From Eledone cirrhosa (taxonomy: Eukaryota), in assembly GCA_964016885.1 (NCBI GenBank), contig OZ024746.1, positions 69,626,001 through 69,690,000 on the forward strand: DNA of 64,000 nucleotides, in the 5' to 3' direction. A program made the translations under genes and the position numbers. The stretch's first letter is position 1; each line of letters begins with the position of its first letter. Positions 56,901 through 64,000 of the stretch are shown here, piece after piece. The notes beneath the pieces are model-generated. The model saw nothing but the letters and a program-made list of their open reading frames with translations, had not been told where the DNA came from and did not search any database.

Positions 56901-57655
56901 ATTACAAGGACGTAAAACAAGTCAAAATGGGGTTTTTATTAAGTAAAAGTAAATGGGGGTCAACAAAGATCTGTAATGATATCTTACATAGGTACAGCGC
57001 CACAGGTTTATAGGGGATGGATATTGGATTAACAACAGTATATAACTGGTACTTATTTTATTGATCAAGAGAAAGTATTATTATTGTTGTTGTTTCTCAA
57101 ACCATTAGGGCAGTGGATTGGCAGTCGTGTCTGAGTGAGTGTGTGTGAGTGTATGCATACGTATCTGTGCGTGTCTATGTTTACGAGCATCAGTGCGTGT
57201 GTGTGTGTGTGTGTGTGTGTGTCTGTACGTTGATCCTTGTCTGTGTATAGCCATGCAAATTGTCTAGATCCGTCCCTTAACATCAAAGAAGATAAAAGTT
57301 TAGCCGTTCGGTAAATAAATAAAGCACCAGATTGAAATAAGTAGAGTCGTTGATATGATTAGCTCACCTCAACTAAAGATCCCTTGAAAGGCTGTGGGTG
57401 CCTCAGTATGGCCGTAGTCTAAGGAGTAAATAATGATAATGTCTATGATTGTCTATAATACTTTGATATTTCTTATGGTTATCTATAACGCGTTCATATT
57501 GCCTATGATTCTCTATAGCACTATGAAATTATCAAGGATATTATCATAAAGGTGGGAGATGGGGAGAGCGGGAGAGACGGAGGCTGTGACAGTTGGAAGT
57601 TTGGTTCCTTTGTGTTGAGACATGGTATATATATATATATATATATATATACATA

Positions 57656-57966
57656 CAGGGTGTCCATAAAGTCTCTTTACAATTAAAAAAATTATTACAA
57701 AAGCCAATGAAAAGACAAATATGTGAAAATTATTACAAAATGAGTAGTAGATATTGAATTTTTTTAAAACTAATTTAATACATCTCTATATGGGCACCAT
57801 TAGTTGCACGAAGCACATCAAGACGGTACTCGATTTCTTGCCATGTTTGCTGTAGCATAGCCTCATTCAATGGGGGCAATGACATCAGTGATCTTTTGCT
57901 CTTTAGATCAGTGATGTCCCGTATTCGATATTTAACATAAAGAAGTCCATGGGAGTTATATCTGGT
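57656..57966 (-). mobile_element. Tc1/mariner-superfamily 3' fragment with one TIR
   Basis: TA|CAGGGTGTCC terminus. Minus strand encodes PDITPMDFF..ITDLK..MLQQTWQEIEYRLDVLRATNGAHIE. Confidence 0.8.
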
Positions 57967-57979
57967 TAATATATATATA

Positions 57980-58060
<81 letters not shown>

Positions 58061-58405
58061 GGATTTTAATGGATACAGTTTAGTTAAAAGGAATTTATTG
58101 ACACGTGTTTCTATAACAGTTACATAACCTGAAAACAGCTGCTATCTACAAAGTATTAGTTATGCAGTATTATATATATATTTATTTATTTATTTTATAT
58201 ATATATTTATTTATTTTATATATATATATATTTATTTATTTTATATATATATATATTTATTTATTTTATATATATATATATATATTTATTTTATATATAT
58301 ATATATATATTTATTTTATATATATATATATATATATTTATTTTATATATACATATATATATTTATTTTATATATACATATATATATTTCTTATATATAT
58401 ATATA

Positions 58406-58447
<42 letters not shown>

Positions 58448-58549
58448 TTATTTTATATATATATATATTTATTTATTTTATATATATATATATTTATTTA
58501 TTTTATATATACATATATATATTTATTTTATATATACATATATATATTT

Positions 58550-58677
<128 letters not shown>

Positions 58678-59046
58678 TTATTTTATATATATATTTATTT
58701 ATTTATTTTTTATATATATATATTTATTTTATATATATATATATATATTTATTTTATATATACATATATATATTTATTTTATATATACATATATATATTT
58801 CTTATATATATATATATTTATTTTATATATATATATATATTTATTTTATATATATATATATATATATTTATTTTATATATATATATATATATTTATTTTA
58901 TATATACATATATATATTTCTTATATATATATATATATATATTTATTTTATATATATATATATTTATATATATATATATATATTTATTTTATATATATAT
59001 ATTTTTATATATATATATATATTTATTTTATATATATATATATTTT

Positions 59047-59078
<32 letters not shown>

Positions 59079-59082
59079 CTTT

Positions 59083-59116
<34 letters not shown>

Positions 59117-59148
59117 CTTTTATATATATATATATTTATATATACTTT

Positions 59149-59180
<32 letters not shown>

Positions 59181-59184
59181 CTTT

Positions 59185-59218
<34 letters not shown>

Positions 59219-59254
59219 CTTTTATATATATATATATATATTTATATATACTTT

Positions 59255-59286
<32 letters not shown>

Positions 59287-59511
59287 CTTTTATATATATA
59301 TATATATATTTATATATACTTTTATATATATATATATATTTATATATACTTTTATATATTTATATATACTTTTATATATTTATATATATTTATATATATT
59401 TATATATATATATTTTTTTTTTTTATATATATATATATTTTTTTTTAATATATATATATATGTATATATATATATATTTATATATATTTTTATATATATA
59501 TATATATTTTT

Positions 59512-59544
<33 letters not shown>

Positions 59545-59714
59545 TTATATATATGTATATATTTATATATATATATATTTATATATATATATATATATAT
59601 ATATTTTATATATATATATATATAAATATATATAGTATTAGCAACTGAAAGACCAACGGGAACATCGTTCCCTCGGTCCGATTTGACGAAAGTCGATCGT
59701 TCCACATATATATA

Positions 59715-59793
<79 letters not shown>

Positions 59794-59804
59794 ATTTTTT
59801 TTTT

Positions 59805-59835
<31 letters not shown>

Positions 59836-60144
59836 TTATTTACCGCATCACCTGACATTGTCTAAGATCGTTTATAGCAATCTGGTAATATCTCGGATTG
59901 TCTATAATACTCTGATAATGTCTAGGATTGTCTATAGCAATCTGGTAATATCTTGAGTTGTCTATAATACTCTGATATTATCTATGATTGTTTATTGGAT
60001 GGCGAATTAGCAGAATGTTCTTTGCAATATTCATCTGGAATATTCTTTGCAGTATTCATCTGGCTTTCTCTGAATTGGCCAGAAGCCGAATACCCTAACC
60101 CCAAAACCACACACTTTCATATTTTGTTACACAAGGAACCATCT

Positions 60145-60480
60145 GGGCACAACATGGCCGAATAATTAAGAAGTTCACCTCTTCGCAATCATTAGGTCCT
60201 GGGTTCGATCTCACTGCGTGACATCTTGAAAAAGTGTCTTACACCATAGCAGCAGGTCAATTCATGCCTTGTGAGTGAAATTGGATACACGATAACTGTT
60301 TAGAAGCCTGTCGGATGGACTTGTAATTGTCACACACTGTCATGCTGAATCTCCCTGAGAATAATGTTAAGTTCACACGTGTCTGTATATACTTAGACAC
60401 ATACACGTTAATTTCACGAGCAGGCTGTTACGGTAATCAAACAACTGGAAAGCTGCTCGTCGTGACCGACGGAGATCCAG
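60145..60480 (+). mobile_element. Decayed tRNA-derived SINE (second family)
   Basis: Box A ATGGCCGAATAATT, box B GGGTTCGATCTC, GCCTTGTGAGTGAAATTGG. Confidence 0.6.
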
Positions 60481-60753
60481 CACGAACAGCACATCTTTCA
60501 ACAGCTCTGTAAATTGCATAGTGGTTCGTGAGTCAGTAGGAGAAATATTCTCCTAGTTTACACGTAAAGAAGCCAATAAACTATTGTGTAACAATTTACT
60601 ATTATAATGATGGTTAATGCAATCACTGTAGTGAAGTGATGCGTTACATTTATATGTGCAGCAGGGCCGGCACTACCATTAAAGCTAATTGGGTAACTAT
60701 CTACGGCGCAGATCTATAAGAGGCACATTACTGAACCTTAAGTGATTGCAATC

Positions 60754-60972
60754 AGTGGATTGGCAGTATCGATAGAGCATCGGACACCCTGCCTCGCGGC
60801 ATAAAATTACAGCCCTTTATGTTCTGAGTTCAAATCCCACCTAGGTTAGCTTTGCCTCTCATCCTTACGGGATCGATAAAATAACGCACCAGTAAGTACT
60901 GGGGTCGATTTAATCGACTTTCCCCATCCCTTCAAATTGCTGACCTTGTGCCCAAAGTAGAAACAATTATTA
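60754..60972 (+). mobile_element. tRNA-derived SINE, full length (another diverged copy at 62005-62215)
   Basis: Boxes A and B, core and tail. Confidence 0.85.
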
Positions 60973-62685
60973 TACAAACTTTTTATAATTAAATTAAATA
61001 CATAATAATTTCATGTGATCAATAAACACCATTATTGTGTAGCAGTGTTGTGGAAATATCCAAAGCGGTGGAAAGGGTTGCATGGTGTTATGACTTGTCG
61101 CGTCATTTAGCATGGAGGAATGTGGACTGTATAATAGAAAATAAAGCCGTGTGTTTGATTCTCGGACCGAGCATCACATTGTTTCCTTGAGCAAGACACC
61201 TTATCTTATGTTGCTCCAACCCATTAAGCTGGTAAAATGTGTTGTAACAAGCAGTATCGTCATTTGTCTTTTCCTTGGACAACATTGTTGTCGAGGAGAG
61301 AGAAGACTGGCATGTTTATGAGACTGTTAATCTTCCGCAAGACACCATGCCCAAGCATGTGCCTTGGAGAGGAAGTTTCCTGCTGCAAACCTATGATCAG
61401 TTATGATCGAAGATAGTCATTTTATTCAGGGTTGTGTAACGACGAGGGCGGTGGAAAATATGCAAGTGATAATGAGAATGATTGAAAGACTTCTGGTATT
61501 CATGCAGTGCTTTGGAGTTATACATAACCTTTGGGTGAAAGACTTAACCTCTGGGTAATAGTCTTAATCTTATGGTGGTAAATTTAATGTTGGCTGGATA
61601 GATTTAACTCTTAAGATTTAAGTCTTAATCTTTGGGGAAAAGACTTAATTCTTTGAGTGGTAGGCTTAATCTTGAGATGAAACCTTTGTTGGAAAGACGT
61701 AATCGTTTGAATAGCAGATTTAATCTTGGGGCGGTAGAATTAATGTTTCAGTGGTAGACTTAAGTACTGTGGCTTCATTCATTCATCTGTTAAAGGTAAA
61801 GACAACTCCAATAATTTCTGTGTGACTTTTAATGTGAATTTTTTAATTTGACAAAAAGCTGCACATTTCAGAAGAAAAATATAGTCGGTTTAATGAACCC
61901 CACACAGAAAGATAATCAGAGAAGGTAAAGAGACATGACTAAATAACAAAAGGTAGCCTGGCGTTGTTCTACCGTTTCTGCCCTATACTTTGATCTGCTC
62001 TAAACAGAATTAGTAGAGCGTCGGGGAAAATGCCTTGAGGTATTCATTTGGTTACGGCTCTTTACGTTCTAAGTTCAAATCGCTCCGAGGTTGACTTTGC
62101 CATCATTCTTCTGCGGTCGATAAAATAAACTACCAGTCAAATACTGGGGTAGATATAATCGTTTATACACTGCCCCACTTATTACCCATTTTCTGACCTT
62201 GTATCTGCGTAAGAAATCAATATTTGAAGGATCTCGGCTGATTCATTGCCGTTTGCACCAGATCTCTCGCTCTTAACCCTTTCATTGCCATATTTCTAAT
62301 GAAAGACACTGCCTGTGTCATTAACCCTTTTATTACCATATTTCTAATGAAAGATACTGCCTGTGTCATTAACCCTTTCATTATCATATTCAAATGGAAG
62401 ATACTGGCTCTGGTTTTCAAGTAATTTTGAAAATAATCAAAAGTTTATAACGATTTAGTAATATAACTTTCTCATTGTTAAGTTGGTGTCAGGAGCATAA
62501 CTTAACATATATTCTTCCATAAAATTATGATGAAAGGTTTTTAGATAAATATAGACATTGTAAAATAAAGAATTTCGCATTGTGGACTAGGGGGTGGAGC
62601 AGTCAGTTTTGTATTAAAAGTGTTAAACTCGTGCACGCTGATTCAAAAAGTTATTGTTCCGATACAAGAGAATAGGTAGCGGTCA

Positions 62686-63160
62686 GTATATTGTCCACTC
62701 CAATGCAGTAGAGTTTATCAAGGCCAGATGTATATATTTTCCACTCCAATGCAGTAGAGTTTGTCAAGACTAGATGTATATATTGTGCCCTCCAATGCAG
62801 TAGAGTTTGTCAAGGGGAGATGTATATATTGTCCCTCCAATGCAGGAGAGTTTGTCAGACCAGATGTATATATTATCCACTTTAGTAGAGTTTGTCAAGA
62901 CCAGATGTGTATATTGTCCACTGCAGTAGAGTTTGTCAAGACCAGATGATATATTGTCCACTCCACTGCAATGGAATTCAAGACCAGATGTATATATTGT
63001 CCACTGTAGTAAAGTTTGTCAATAGCAGATGTGTATATTGTCCACTCCACTGCAATGGAATTCAAGACCAGATGTTTATATTGTCCACTGCAGTAGAGTT
63101 TGTCAATAGCAGATGTGTATAATATCCACTCCACAGCAATGGAATTTAAGACCAGATGTG
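62686..63160. repeat. ~36-41-bp minisatellite (CAATGCAGTAGAGTTTGTCAAGACCAGATGTATATATTGTCCACTC-like)
   Basis: About 12 tandem degenerate units. Confidence 0.92.
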
Positions 63161-63339
63161 TGTCTGTAAAAATCAATTAGATTTAAGCATAATTTGAACC
63201 CAGAACCGAAAATATCGAAAATATACAAAATAGTGTATTTAATGAGAAGTTATCCTTGTCTCGACAGTCTTCGCTGTCCCTAAACTTTGTAAATTAATAA
63301 CTGCCTTCATCTCCAATTACAATATGCTATTTTTGGTCG

Positions 63340-63780
63340 AAAAGGAGAGAAAGGAGATCGTTAGTGAAAGAAAGAAAGAGAGAGAGACAAAGTGAGGGAG
63401 AAGCGATAGAGATAGGGACGTTGGTGAAAGAAATAGAGATAAGGAGGGTAGGGACATTAGTGAAAGAAGGGAAGGAAGAGAGAACAGGCAGAGTTGGGGG
63501 GGGGGTGAATGAAAGGAAGAAAGAGAAAAGTGAGAGAGAGAGAGGGGGGCGTTGGTGAAAGAAAGGAAAAAAGAAGAGATAGAGGGAGAGAGACTTTGGT
63601 GAAAGAAAGGAAGAAAAAAGAGATAGAGAAGTAGTATTGGTGTTAAAAAAAAGGAAGAAAGAAACAATAGATAATGAGAGGAGGCGTTGATGATAAGAAG
63701 GAGAAAGAAAGAGGAAATAAAGAAAGGGATAAATTGGTGAAAGAAGGAAAGCAAGAAGAGGTAAGGAGAGTGGAGGGTAA
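63340..63780. repeat. Degenerate purine-rich tandem repeat (TTGGTGAAAGAAAGG..)
   Basis: TTGGTGAAAG recurs at ~30-45 bp spacing. Confidence 0.75.
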
Positions 63781-64000
63781 TAATAGGCCTTAGTGGTGTT
63801 AGACATATTATTACAAGAGAAACCATTTCTCCAAGTGCGCTAGAAGACCTCTCTGCTGCCTAAATACATTCCTGATGTTAATGACGCTATTTTTTTCACA
63901 TAAACCAATTAATTATTCAGATATTATAGGAGTTCAGTTGACTGCTTAACTTTAGTTGCTAGCTTAACTTAATTGGTTAGTAGACGAATTCCTTACTCTA

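Overview
AT-rich, repeat-saturated eukaryotic genomic DNA. The SINE families and microsatellite load suggest a coleoid cephalopod such as Octopus; this is an inference, not a database result. Most of the window is decayed mobile DNA: Tx1/L1-clade, R4/Dong-clade and RTE LINEs, many tRNA-derived SINEs, Helitrons, Tc1/mariner remnants, Penelope-like termini with minimal hammerhead ribozyme motifs, mini- and microsatellites, and one 200-N gap. The only host coding sequence I can support is three paralogous first exons (16893-17100, 23970-24180, 55532-55751, all +). Each encodes a short N-terminus, one transmembrane helix and a W..GLW..C..C extracellular loop of the claudin/PMP22 tetraspan superfamily, and each ends in a phase-1 GT donor. 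I found no downstream exon between them. The first two lie in a young 7-8 kb tandem duplication with almost identical flanks, yet every differing codon in the exon changes the amino acid. The best candidate for an undescribed system is therefore an array of rapidly diversifying alternative first exons of a claudin-like gene, possibly spliced to shared downstream exons outside the window. All comparisons were made by eye, and repeat boundaries are approximate.
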